A stretch of 32,000 nt of DNA from Ignicoccus pacificus DSM 13166 (GTDB lineage Archaea > Thermoproteota > Thermoprotei_A > Sulfolobales > Ignicoccaceae). Under the pieces are notes generated by a model. That model did no database searches and had not been told where the DNA came from. It worked only from the letters and a program-made list of their open reading frames with translations. This document shows, piece after piece, positions 23,798-31,886 of the stretch; positions within the stretch are counted from its first letter, which is position 1, and every line of letters starts with the position of its first letter. The stretch is from assembly GCA_025340205.1 (NCBI GenBank), contig CP006868.1, positions 750,001 to 782,000 on the forward strand. The letters run 5' to 3'. The translations under genes and the position numbers were made by a program.

Positions 23798-24575
23798 TTG
23801 TCACCTCCATTCCTTCTCGAAGACCAAGGGTTTGAGAAGCGCTACCCAGATACTTCGCTATCTCGACGTACCCAAAGCTATTGAGGTAAACAGCTAGTTT
23901 TCCTTCCTCAACTTCTGAAAACGTTTTCACGACTTTGGCTTTCCATTTCCTATTTATAAGAACTTCATCTCCATACTCAAATGGAAGTTCTCTTGCCCAA
24001 GTCATTACGTTGCCGAAATGATCTACGTAAACTACTGTGGTCTCAATTCGCTTCTTCTCGATCTTTCTCTTTAAAGCTATAGGCAGTTCAATTAACTTTG
24101 TGGACGGTCCTAGTTCATTGATATCGTATCCACACTCCAGGAGCGCCCCGGCGGGAACAAAGATATCCCTGCCGTGAAATGTAAAGGATTTATACTTACT
24201 CACTTCTTTCTCTATTTTAACAATCTCCTTGAGACCATACTCTTTAGCAGCTAGCCACAACACTCCGTTGTTGGGGGCTACAACATACCACCTTCCTATT
24301 TTAGCTGCAACGGCTTCCCTTCTGCTTCCCACTCCAGGATCAACGACTACGACAAGGGTGGAATTATCCGGGAGGTGAGGTAAGGTAACTAAAGTTGCTA
24401 CTGCACCTTCAAGTACGTTAAATTTCTCGATACCATGTGTTATGTCGACTACGTCCGCTTTTTGACATATATCCTTTGCGACGACTCTTAGTATACCAGC
24501 GTAAACGTCCTTGTAACCGTAGTCTGTGATTAGCCCTAACACGCTATACCTCCCGGAGTGGGAAGCTTGGGGCAT
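23784..24575 (-). CDS. SAM hydrolase / S-adenosyl-L-methionine hydroxide adenosyltransferase (DUF62 family)
   Basis: LITDYGYKDVYAGILRVV, VVDITHGI, VVVDPGVGSRREAV and VAPNNGVL match the DUF62 signature. A GTG at 24542 (VLGLITDYG) is a plausible alternative start. Confidence 0.85.
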   Translation of the reverse strand: MPQASHSGRYSVLGLITDYGYKDVYAGILRVVAKDICQKADVVDITHGIEKFNVLEGAVATLVTLPHLPDNSTLVVVVDPGVGSRREAVAAKIGRWYVVAPNNGVLWLAAKEYGLKEIVKIEKEVSKYKSFTFHGRDIFVPAGALLECGYDINELGPSTKLIELPIALKRKIEKKRIETTVVYVDHFGNVMTWARELPFEYGDEVLINRKWKAKVVKTFSEVEEGKLAVYLNSFGYVEIAKYLGSASQTLGLREGMEVTIESA

Positions 24576-25752
24576 GATTAACTATATACTAAATGCGGGG
24601 GATCACGATGGGTTTCGAGCATTGGAGTGGAAGCAACTCCTCTTACCAGGACCGGTAACTCTTCATCCTGACGTCCAGTTATCCCAAGCACTTCCCATGA
24701 TAAATCACAGAGGTACAGAGTTCAGAGAACTAATGAGACAAGTCATATCAAAGTTGAGAAAAATATATGGATGCGACTGTGACATAGCCCTCCTCACCGC
24801 ATCTGGAACAGGAGCAATAGAAGCCATGTTGATTAACTTCCTAGCACCCAACGAAAAACTCCTAGTAGTCCAAACCGGAGTCTTTAGTGATAGGATGGCT
24901 AAGATTGCTAAGACTCTAGGTATGGAAGTCGAGTTAATCGAGCCGAAAGAAGGTGAAGGAATTACCCCAGAGGAGTTAGATAGCGTGATGAAGAGGGTTA
25001 AGCCTGATGCAGTAGGCGTAGTTGCAAACGAGACCAGTACTGGTGTTGCTCATAAGAATTTAGAAGAGCTAGCAAAGGTCGTCCACTCTAACGATGCAAT
25101 TATTCTCGTTGATGCTGTTAGCTACCTAGGAGGTCATGAGCTTCATATGGATAGTATGGATCTGGATGCCGTAGCTTCCGCTACTCAAAAGGCACTCATG
25201 TCGCCTCCAGGACTCTCCTTTGTAGCTTATAGAGAAAGAGCTGCTCAGAGGCTCCAAGAGGTTCCGAGACGTTCCGTATACTGGGATTTCTTAAGTTATA
25301 AGAAGTTCTACGACGAAAAGCATGAAACGCCGGCCACGCCAGCCGTGAGCACTATGTTTGCACTAAACAAGGCGTTGGACATAATCCTTGAAATAGGTTT
25401 AAGCAACTGGATAAACAGACATAGAGCGTTCGCTGAAGCGTTAAACTTTGCCATAGAAAGATCCGGTGGAAAGGTCTATCCGCATCCTAATTGGCGTTCG
25501 AACACTATTGTGGTTCCATACGTACCCGAAGGAATGACTCCAGCTATGGTTAAGAACTTGGCCAAAGAGAAGTGGGGGCTTGAAATAGGATCTGGTGGTT
25601 GGAAGATCAAGGAGAAAACCGTTAGGATAGGCACCATGGGATGGTATGGTAGAAACGTGGTCTATAGAGCGATAAGAATGATCGTTGACATTTACGGTGG
25701 AGAAAAGAGTGTTGCGGAGGAGGCCTTCGATTATTACTTATCGCTACTCTGA
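24574..25752 (+). CDS. Class V aminotransferase (serine-pyruvate / alanine-glyoxylate type)
   Basis: LLLPGPVTLHPDV, TASGTGAIEA, ANETSTGV and the PLP-Lys region ATQKALMSPPGLS. The track ORF opens at 24526; I place the start at the ATG at 24574 (MINYIL...). Confidence 0.85.
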   Translation: MINYILNAGDHDGFRALEWKQLLLPGPVTLHPDVQLSQALPMINHRGTEFRELMRQVISKLRKIYGCDCDIALLTASGTGAIEAMLINFLAPNEKLLVVQTGVFSDRMAKIAKTLGMEVELIEPKEGEGITPEELDSVMKRVKPDAVGVVANETSTGVAHKNLEELAKVVHSNDAIILVDAVSYLGGHELHMDSMDLDAVASATQKALMSPPGLSFVAYRERAAQRLQEVPRRSVYWDFLSYKKFYDEKHETPATPAVSTMFALNKALDIILEIGLSNWINRHRAFAEALNFAIERSGGKVYPHPNWRSNTIVVPYVPEGMTPAMVKNLAKEKWGLEIGSGGWKIKEKTVRIGTMGWYGRNVVYRAIRMIVDIYGGEKSVAEEAFDYYLSLL

Positions 25753-26133
25753 TCTTTCAGAGACCTTCATCCTGGGTCCTATGATATCCACTCGAGTGTT
25801 CAAAATGGGTCCATAGTATCTCTTTATCTTTCTCTTATATAAGATAATTCCCTTACAAGTTACCATCTCGCCATCGCCTAAGAAAAATTCGCGCAGTCCT
25901 TTACATTTACTAAACGTGTTTTGTAGAAGGTGGTAGAGTAAGGTTAGTTCCATAGGCTGCAATATCTTAATCATCTTACCATTATACCAAACTCCCCTCA
26001 TATCGTAGTATTTCCACGAATCTTCTAATCTAACTTCCATATTTCTTCGTGGGAACTCAAGGTATAGCTTAACTTCTTCACTTTCTCCTCTTAGGATCAA
26101 TTCGAAAGGTATACTCATTTTAACTTTTATCAA
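25744..26133 (-). CDS. Hypothetical 129-aa protein, last gene of the pterin-type operon
   Basis: Its start overlaps the upstream stop by 4 nt (ATGA). I recognise no motifs. Confidence 0.55.
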   Translation of the reverse strand: MIKVKMSIPFELILRGESEEVKLYLEFPRRNMEVRLEDSWKYYDMRGVWYNGKMIKILQPMELTLLYHLLQNTFSKCKGLREFFLGDGEMVTCKGIILYKRKIKRYYGPILNTRVDIIGPRMKVSERSE

Positions 26134-26834
26134 GACATCAACACCTCCCTTATCTTACTCCTTAACTCACTAGGGTCGTGTACTACGATGAAACCCAATC
26201 TCATTACCTTAATTAGATTAAGTACGTCTAATTCATCCATATTCATTTCGACTTCTTCGAAACACGAAATAGCCCCAAAAGGGCACGAGCTCACACATGC
26301 TTCACATCCTATACATTTACTAAGAATTATTCTTCGGTTCCCTTTCACGTTTTCTATGGCTTGGGTGGGACAAACTTCTTGAGGTGGACAAATCTCACAT
26401 TTTAAGCAATTCCTTATCAGACAAGGAAGTGTCGTCTTCTTCACCCAAGGAGCGTCTGTAGGAAGAATTATGCTGGGCGTTTTCGATTTCCTAGCCATAG
26501 CAAAAGTCGTTGTAATCAAATTATCGGCTATTCCATATGCGATCTTGGCTATCGTATTAGCCGTAGCGGGTGCTAAGATTGTGAGGTCATACTTCCTCGA
26601 CATCACACGTCCATAAACGTGAGATAGTGGTTGTGGATCAACTTCCATCTCTCTGTAATAACCACCAGTATATTTTTCGAATATCTTCAAGACACCATAA
26701 AGTCGAGCAACCTCATAACCACTCCGACTAAAGATGACTGTAACTTCGTGCTCTTGAGCTACTTCCTCAAATATCTTGGCAGATTCCCTCATCCATTGAC
26801 CTGCTCCTGTGACTGCCCAGAGTATCTTTGCCAC
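26130..26834 (-). CDS. Archaeoflavoprotein (Flavoprotein/PF02441-like) fused to an Fe-S ferredoxin domain; DmrX-like dihydromethanopterin-reductase type
   Basis: The N-terminus has ILWAVTGAG and ILAPATANTIAKIAYGIADNLITT, the FMN-binding flavoprotein pattern. The C-terminus has CLIRNCLKCEICPPQEVCP and the canonical CIGCEACVSSCP. Confidence 0.7.
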   Translation of the reverse strand: MAKILWAVTGAGQWMRESAKIFEEVAQEHEVTVIFSRSGYEVARLYGVLKIFEKYTGGYYREMEVDPQPLSHVYGRVMSRKYDLTILAPATANTIAKIAYGIADNLITTTFAMARKSKTPSIILPTDAPWVKKTTLPCLIRNCLKCEICPPQEVCPTQAIENVKGNRRIILSKCIGCEACVSSCPFGAISCFEEVEMNMDELDVLNLIKVMRLGFIVVHDPSELRSKIREVLMS

Positions 26835-27427
26835 GCTAACACCTCGTAGGTCCTCGAATAACTAAGCTTGCGGCTCTTGAGAGGGTGTATTAGTTTCCTT
26901 GGGGGAATTTTAATTATTTCATTATTTGAGAATCCGGTGATATATACCCTCTTAGCTATAATATTGGCTATCACGATAGCTCTGCTACCGTCACTAAATG
27001 CTGGGACGCATAGAGGTCTGAGAGCGGGGTGTTGTGTGGTTATGATTATCTTAGGATGGGAGAGCGATAGAGGGATTCTCGCTAGGGCTTCAAAGTAGTT
27101 ATCTCCATGAAGATGAAGAAAAACCGTTCCCCCGGAATTCACCGTTCTGACTACGTCCTCGACAGTAGCACCATCTAGATCTGTAACCAAGAGCTCAGGC
27201 ACTTCTTTAATTATCTTTATGGCTCCGTCTACGACCATCTTCGGGCACGAAGTGGTGGGCATGGGCTCATAGGGTCCTATGACCTCTACGCAGCTATAAT
27301 TAGGCAACTCTTTGCGTTCAAAGAGTTGTAATCTCGAGGCTACCTTTCTGTCCCTCTCGATGTCTGCCCCTATCCACTTGAGTATACTTAAACATCGCAC
27401 TCCCCACTCTTGACATAATCCTTGCAT
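26789..27427 (-). CDS. mptE: MptE-like 6-hydroxymethyl-7,8-dihydropterin diphosphokinase (DUF115 family)
   Basis: LLVTDLDGA ... GTVFLHLHGDN ... FSDGSRA follows the DUF115/MptE pattern. The 3' end overlaps the next gene by 46 nt. Confidence 0.65.
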   Translation of the reverse strand: MQGLCQEWGVRCLSILKWIGADIERDRKVASRLQLFERKELPNYSCVEVIGPYEPMPTTSCPKMVVDGAIKIIKEVPELLVTDLDGATVEDVVRTVNSGGTVFLHLHGDNYFEALARIPLSLSHPKIIITTQHPALRPLCVPAFSDGSRAIVIANIIAKRVYITGFSNNEIIKIPPRKLIHPLKSRKLSYSRTYEVLAWQRYSGQSQEQVNG

Positions 27428-27474
27428 GTCACTAATATAGCGCGTGATAGTCGACCCCCGCGGATGGAGGAATA

Positions 27475-28914
27475 TTGGTGGAGCATACTAAAGCTACTGC
27501 AAAACGAGAGGGGGTAGTTCTAGAAAGTCCCCTCAACAAAGTGAAGGTAGTCGCATTCGGCATTGATAATTCAATAAGTGCTGAAGAAGAGGCTGCAATA
27601 ATGCCACTGTTAAGCAAGGTTTTCGACGTAGCCGTGGATTCTCTCATTGACGACGAGACTTGGATTTACAAACTCAAGGTACCGTTCGAGATAAATCCAG
27701 TAATGACTAAAGCGCTAGGGAGACCTCTAGCCTTGTACGTAGTGCCAAGTCTAGTGGATTCCCTAGGGATCAACATAGCCTCTTCGGTTTACTTAAACCA
27801 CAAGTCTAGAATGAGGAGAATGCTGACTGTAGTAGGGGTGAAGAACCCCAATGATCCCTTCGTAACACTTACAATTGTCTTCAGCACAAAGGATGATAAC
27901 TTAACTAAGGACGAAGTCCAAAAGATTTTAAAGAAGGAAAGGAGCAGAACTAAGAAGTACGTGAACGAAGCCTTGCGCCTTATGGGATTCAATTCCCAAG
28001 TGAAAACTGTCAGGACACCCTTGATCGTCAGAATAGCGAGAGTCTTCAGTTCCGACGAGATAAAGGTACGTGTAGAGGACGGTTCCGATTTGATCGACGT
28101 GACTCTGAAGCTTCGTGAACCGGAATGGGACCTATCAAGCTTTCCCTCATCATTGGTAGAAGATCTTAGAACCTTAGTCATAGAACCAATACTTGAGAAC
28201 AAGCCCTATAGTATAAGGGGGATGATAGTAGCCGGTCCTCCAGGAATGGGGAAGAGCGTACTGGTAGAGGCTATGGCAAAGGAAATGAAGAAGAAGGTAG
28301 TAGATATAGAACCCTCAACGTATAGAAGTATGTGGTATGGTCACACCGAGAAGATTCTACGAAGTGTATTCGAACATCTGAAAAGAAGAAACGACTTGGT
28401 CATACTAATTGACGACGCTGAGTTCTTGATGAGTAGGAACATGGTTACTCATGAAGGCTACGTCTCCGAGATAAGCACTTTCTTGAAGATTTTCCAAGAG
28501 AGGGAAAGACCTTTCATAGCCCTCACTGCGAACTACCCAGAAGTGATAGACCAAGCTCTATTAAGACCTGGAAGAGTTGACTTGCTGGTAGTTATGGGCT
28601 ACCCAGACAAGGAGTTTAGGAGGAAAATAGTGGAGAACACTCTAGGTAGGTACAAAATAAAGGTGAATGATGACATTAAGGAGGACATCGTGAGGTTAAC
28701 TAAATGGTTTAGCGCTGCTGAAATGGACGCCTTCATAAGGATGGCCATAATGAAAGGAAAAGGTACCATAACGCATGACTCTCTCCTATGGGCTAGGAGA
28801 AGGTTTTCCATAGATGAGACCGAAAGGGCTCGTATGCAAGAGAGAACGTTATGGTATCTACAGAAGGTCCAAGGGATGGTTGTAGCCTACGTCAAGAGAC
28901 CAGAGGAGGTGTAA
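27475..28914 (+). CDS. Classic-clade AAA+ ATPase with an unassigned ~240-aa N-terminal domain
   Basis: Walker A is GPPGMGKS. Walker B is LVILIDDAEF (DD rather than DE). Sensor-1 is LTAN. The second region of homology is ALLRPGRVD. The start is TTG at 27475 or GTG at 27478. Confidence 0.85.
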   Translation: MVEHTKATAKREGVVLESPLNKVKVVAFGIDNSISAEEEAAIMPLLSKVFDVAVDSLIDDETWIYKLKVPFEINPVMTKALGRPLALYVVPSLVDSLGINIASSVYLNHKSRMRRMLTVVGVKNPNDPFVTLTIVFSTKDDNLTKDEVQKILKKERSRTKKYVNEALRLMGFNSQVKTVRTPLIVRIARVFSSDEIKVRVEDGSDLIDVTLKLREPEWDLSSFPSSLVEDLRTLVIEPILENKPYSIRGMIVAGPPGMGKSVLVEAMAKEMKKKVVDIEPSTYRSMWYGHTEKILRSVFEHLKRRNDLVILIDDAEFLMSRNMVTHEGYVSEISTFLKIFQERERPFIALTANYPEVIDQALLRPGRVDLLVVMGYPDKEFRRKIVENTLGRYKIKVNDDIKEDIVRLTKWFSAAEMDAFIRMAIMKGKGTITHDSLLWARRRFSIDETERARMQERTLWYLQKVQGMVVAYVKRPEEV

Positions 28915-28917
28915 TTA

Positions 28918-29106
28918 ATGAGTGTAGTATGGCGGCCCTCCTGGAAGATAGTAACCGTTAACTATCATGGAATAAGGATAAGAGTATTGTTTGATGAGAA
29001 GACCAAGCTCTATGCTTGTCCCTTATGCTTTAAGGGAACACAAGAAGGTAGCTTCTACTTCGATGTAGACTCATTGATTCAGCATATGGTCTCCCATGTA
29101 CGTTAG
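28918..29106 (+). CDS. 62-aa C2H2-like zinc-finger micro-protein
   Basis: YACPLCF-x15-LIQHMVSH gives C-x2-C-x18-H-x3-H with the aromatic/Leu spacing of classical C2H2 fingers. It begins 4 nt after the AAA+ stop. Confidence 0.55.
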   Translation: MSVVWRPSWKIVTVNYHGIRIRVLFDEKTKLYACPLCFKGTQEGSFYFDVDSLIQHMVSHVR

Positions 29107-29510
29107 ATCTCCTTTAACCTCTTCACCATCTTGACCGCTGCTTCTACAGCTCTTCTGGCGTACTCCTCTATTCTCTCTGTGGCTTGCTCTCTTGTGGCAT
29201 TAGGTCCTATTATGCCTAGAGCGACGGGCTTCTCATACTCTATAGCTAAGTCCATTAGCTTTCTAGCCGCTTGGCCAGCTACGAGTTCATCGTGATCTGT
29301 TTCACCTTTTATCACTGCACCGAGAACTGCGACGCCGTCTATATCGTCCCTTTTTAGTAGCTTCTTCACGGCTAGAGGTGTTTCAAAGGCACCGGGTACC
29401 ATGACTACCTCTGTCTCCACGCCTAAGAACTTGGCATGAGAAATCGCCTTCTCTTTCATAAGCATTGTTATGTCGTAGTTAAACTCAGCCACAACTATTC
29501 CGATCTTCAA
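29103..29510 (-). CDS. ribH: 6,7-dimethyl-8-ribityllumazine synthase
   Basis: [27 protein letters not shown] and [10 protein letters not shown] motifs. Size is 135 aa. Confidence 0.9.
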   Translation of the reverse strand: MKIGIVVAEFNYDITMLMKEKAISHAKFLGVETEVVMVPGAFETPLAVKKLLKRDDIDGVAVLGAVIKGETDHDELVAGQAARKLMDLAIEYEKPVALGIIGPNATREQATERIEEYARRAVEAAVKMVKRLKEI

Positions 29511-30082
29511 CCTTCACGACCCTCAGACTTGGGTACGAAGACTCTTCTTATACACTCTGGGGGCACATAATCGGTTACTCTAACATACCTCCCTGCTTTG
29601 AATATCTCATGACCATGTCTTTCTAAACATTCACAATCGACCTCAAGTATTTTTATGCAGTTTCCTTTGCGTTTCGCATTCTCTATAGCTTCTTTGAGGC
29701 TCGCAGTTAAGTGCACTTTCTTCCTTCTCATAGGAACTATTCCCTCTTTCATTATCTTAGCAACGACCTCACACGAAGTACCATGATACAGCGTTTTCTC
29801 GCTTGCTTTGGGAAGTTTTACTTCGACGTCAATCGTGTGACCATATCGCGCCCTTATTTTTCCATTCTTTACTTCAAAGCGTCCCTTCTCATCTTTAGAT
29901 ACTACATAAAGTATATCACTAAGCTGTATCCAAGGAAAATACCTTCTCAACTCCTCATACAATCTCTCTATATCTACCCATCCTTCTTTGTCAACAAAAC
30001 CCTTCTTATGACGTAAGAGAAACGTCATCTTCTTACTTATTCTTACGCGGGTTCGTTCATCCATCCTCTCACCTACCAACAC
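29507..30082 (-). CDS. kptA: RNA 2'-phosphotransferase Tpt1/KptA
   Basis: [32 protein letters not shown] and VHLT motifs. 30082 is GTG; an ATG at 30064 (MDERTRV...) is the more likely start. Confidence 0.85.
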   Translation of the reverse strand: MLVGERMDERTRVRISKKMTFLLRHKKGFVDKEGWVDIERLYEELRRYFPWIQLSDILYVVSKDEKGRFEVKNGKIRARYGHTIDVEVKLPKASEKTLYHGTSCEVVAKIMKEGIVPMRRKKVHLTASLKEAIENAKRKGNCIKILEVDCECLERHGHEIFKAGRYVRVTDYVPPECIRRVFVPKSEGREG

Positions 30083-30098
30083 TTAACTCCTTTATTCA

Positions 30099-30557
30099 TT
30101 GATGTATACGGGAATGGCATTGAGTCAAGACCTCTCCAAGTTAAGGGTCATAGACTTAATAGTGAGGGACCCCGTCACTATTGATTCTGAAGCTTCCATA
30201 GTAGACGTAGCCAACAAGATGATAAAGGAAAAGGTTGGTTCAATCATAGTAACCGTAGATGGCATCCCTAAGGGAATAATAACTGAGGGTGACATAGTTA
30301 AGAAGGTAGTTGCGAAAAACTTGAAACCTTCAGAAGTCAAGGCTAGGGATATAATGTCTACACCTTTACAGTTTGTGCTATATGACGCCACGTTGGAAGA
30401 AGCCGTCCGAATAATGGACGAAAATAATATTTCACATCTTGCTGTCTTCAAGAACGACAAGCTAATTGGCGTAATTACCTCTTCGGACATACTTCATATA
30501 GCACCATCATTAATAGAGTACCTCAAAGTAAGGCCTAGAGGAGGGAAAATTATATGA
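30099..30557 (+). CDS. CBS-pair domain protein
   Basis: Two CBS repeats (VRDPVTIDSEASIVDVANKMIKEKVGSIIV...GIITEGDIV and MSTPLQFVLYDATLEEAVRIMDENNISHLAV...GVITSSDIL). TTG at 30099 is immediately followed by ATG at 30102. Confidence 0.85.
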   Translation: MMYTGMALSQDLSKLRVIDLIVRDPVTIDSEASIVDVANKMIKEKVGSIIVTVDGIPKGIITEGDIVKKVVAKNLKPSEVKARDIMSTPLQFVLYDATLEEAVRIMDENNISHLAVFKNDKLIGVITSSDILHIAPSLIEYLKVRPRGGKII

Positions 30558-31378
30558 GGCCAAGGGTACCTGAGGGTCCTCGCTTCCTAAGATCTGACGG
30601 AACTCCCGACAAGATGACCAGGGTACACAAGGAACAGAAGTGGATCAATGAAACCAAGGAGCCAGAGGTTCTTCATTCCCCCAATGCTCCTCTAAGGAGC
30701 GTCGTGATCGAGCTATTACAATCAAACTTGTTGAACGTGATAGTTGCCGAGGGGGACAAGTACCTAGGGGTGGGTACCCTACCCAAGGTAACGGCTCTCA
30801 TAGCGCTCTGGAGGGATAGAAATACTCCCATCTACAAGATTTTCCTAGAACCCTTAAAGAGATTGGAGGAGCGTGTGCCTCCCATAACTGACGAGATGAA
30901 CGACAAAGACGTAAGTAAACTACTGGATGAAAACGCGTTGATTGACGAATATCCTGTTGTCTCTAATGAGAAGGTAGTAGCCATATTACCAGTCAGGGAG
31001 ATCATCGGTAAGTATTCTCCTAGCGCTCCAAGCGTGCAACTATCTAGTATAGCACAGGAAGTTCCGAAGGTTGGAAGCGTTGGAGAGGCATTACTGGTCA
31101 TGGAAGAGAAGGGTGTGCCAGTAGTGCTCGTTGAAGATAAGGTGTTAGATGCTAGAAGCGTACTAAAGAAGATCTGGGACGAGCGCAGAAAGAGTATCGG
31201 TGAGGTGAGCTTTGATGACGTAGCTACGGAGAACTTTAACTTATTCAAAGCGTCCTTGACTCTTAAGGAGATACTCGAGGAAATAGATCCACATAAGGTC
31301 GATTACATATTAGTAGACGACGACGGAAAGGTGAAGTACGTTCCCCTCGGAAGAGTTGCCTCAAAGCTCCTCCACTAA
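30554..31378 (+). CDS. Protein with four degenerate CBS-like repeats
   Basis: The repeats are centred on LLNVIVAEGDKYLGVGT, IDEYPVVSNEKVVAILPVREI, GVPVVLVEDKVLDARSVL and VDYILVDDDGKVKYVPLGRV. It overlaps the upstream gene by ATGA. An internal Met (MTRVHKEQ) is an alternative start. Confidence 0.65.
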   Translation: MRPRVPEGPRFLRSDGTPDKMTRVHKEQKWINETKEPEVLHSPNAPLRSVVIELLQSNLLNVIVAEGDKYLGVGTLPKVTALIALWRDRNTPIYKIFLEPLKRLEERVPPITDEMNDKDVSKLLDENALIDEYPVVSNEKVVAILPVREIIGKYSPSAPSVQLSSIAQEVPKVGSVGEALLVMEEKGVPVVLVEDKVLDARSVLKKIWDERRKSIGEVSFDDVATENFNLFKASLTLKEILEEIDPHKVDYILVDDDGKVKYVPLGRVASKLLH

Positions 31379-31820
31379 GCTATGTTTTATCTGTGATGCT
31401 ATGTTAGGTAAATTAGCAAGATATCTCAGAATTCTAGGTTATGATACAATATTCACTGAAGAAGAAGATAACAAAATACTTGATATTTATAGAAGCAAGA
31501 ACTGTGTCTTATTAACTAGAGATAAACTCTTATGTGAGAGAGCCGGAAGATATTGTTTCTTCATTAAGTCAAGTAATATTGGGGAACAGCTGATGCAACT
31601 AGCTATGGACATCGGTGTGAAGCTATGTCTACCGAAGGAGCCCATTAGATGTACTATCTGTAATGCTCCTCTGACTAAGCTAGGATACGTTGAAAAGCAT
31701 GGAATGGTATGGAGGTGTCCAAGGTGTGGCCAACATTACTGGTATGGCTCTCACATTATAAATATAGAGAAATTCTTGTCAAGCACTAGGAAGAGATTAT
31801 CTTTACTAAATGAATGTTAG
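31356..31820 (+). CDS. Mut7-C / DUF82 PIN-like RNase domain protein with a C-terminal zinc ribbon
   Basis: FICDAMLGKLARYLRILGYDT, LLTRD, then CTICNAPL...WRCPRCGQHYWYGSH, collinear with the Mut7-C family consensus. It overlaps the upstream gene by 23 nt. Confidence 0.85.
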   Translation: MPQSSSTKLCFICDAMLGKLARYLRILGYDTIFTEEEDNKILDIYRSKNCVLLTRDKLLCERAGRYCFFIKSSNIGEQLMQLAMDIGVKLCLPKEPIRCTICNAPLTKLGYVEKHGMVWRCPRCGQHYWYGSHIINIEKFLSSTRKRLSLLNEC

Positions 31821-31886
31821 GATCGGTCAACCCAACGTCGCTCATCAAAAACTCGCTCACTGGCGGTCTCCTCATCTCCTCACGTC

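Noticed and set aside
27432-27647. 71-aa minus-strand ORF across the AAA+ gene start
   Set aside because: It overlaps the AAA+ N-terminus in antisense and crosses the divergent promoter spacer. There is no support for it.
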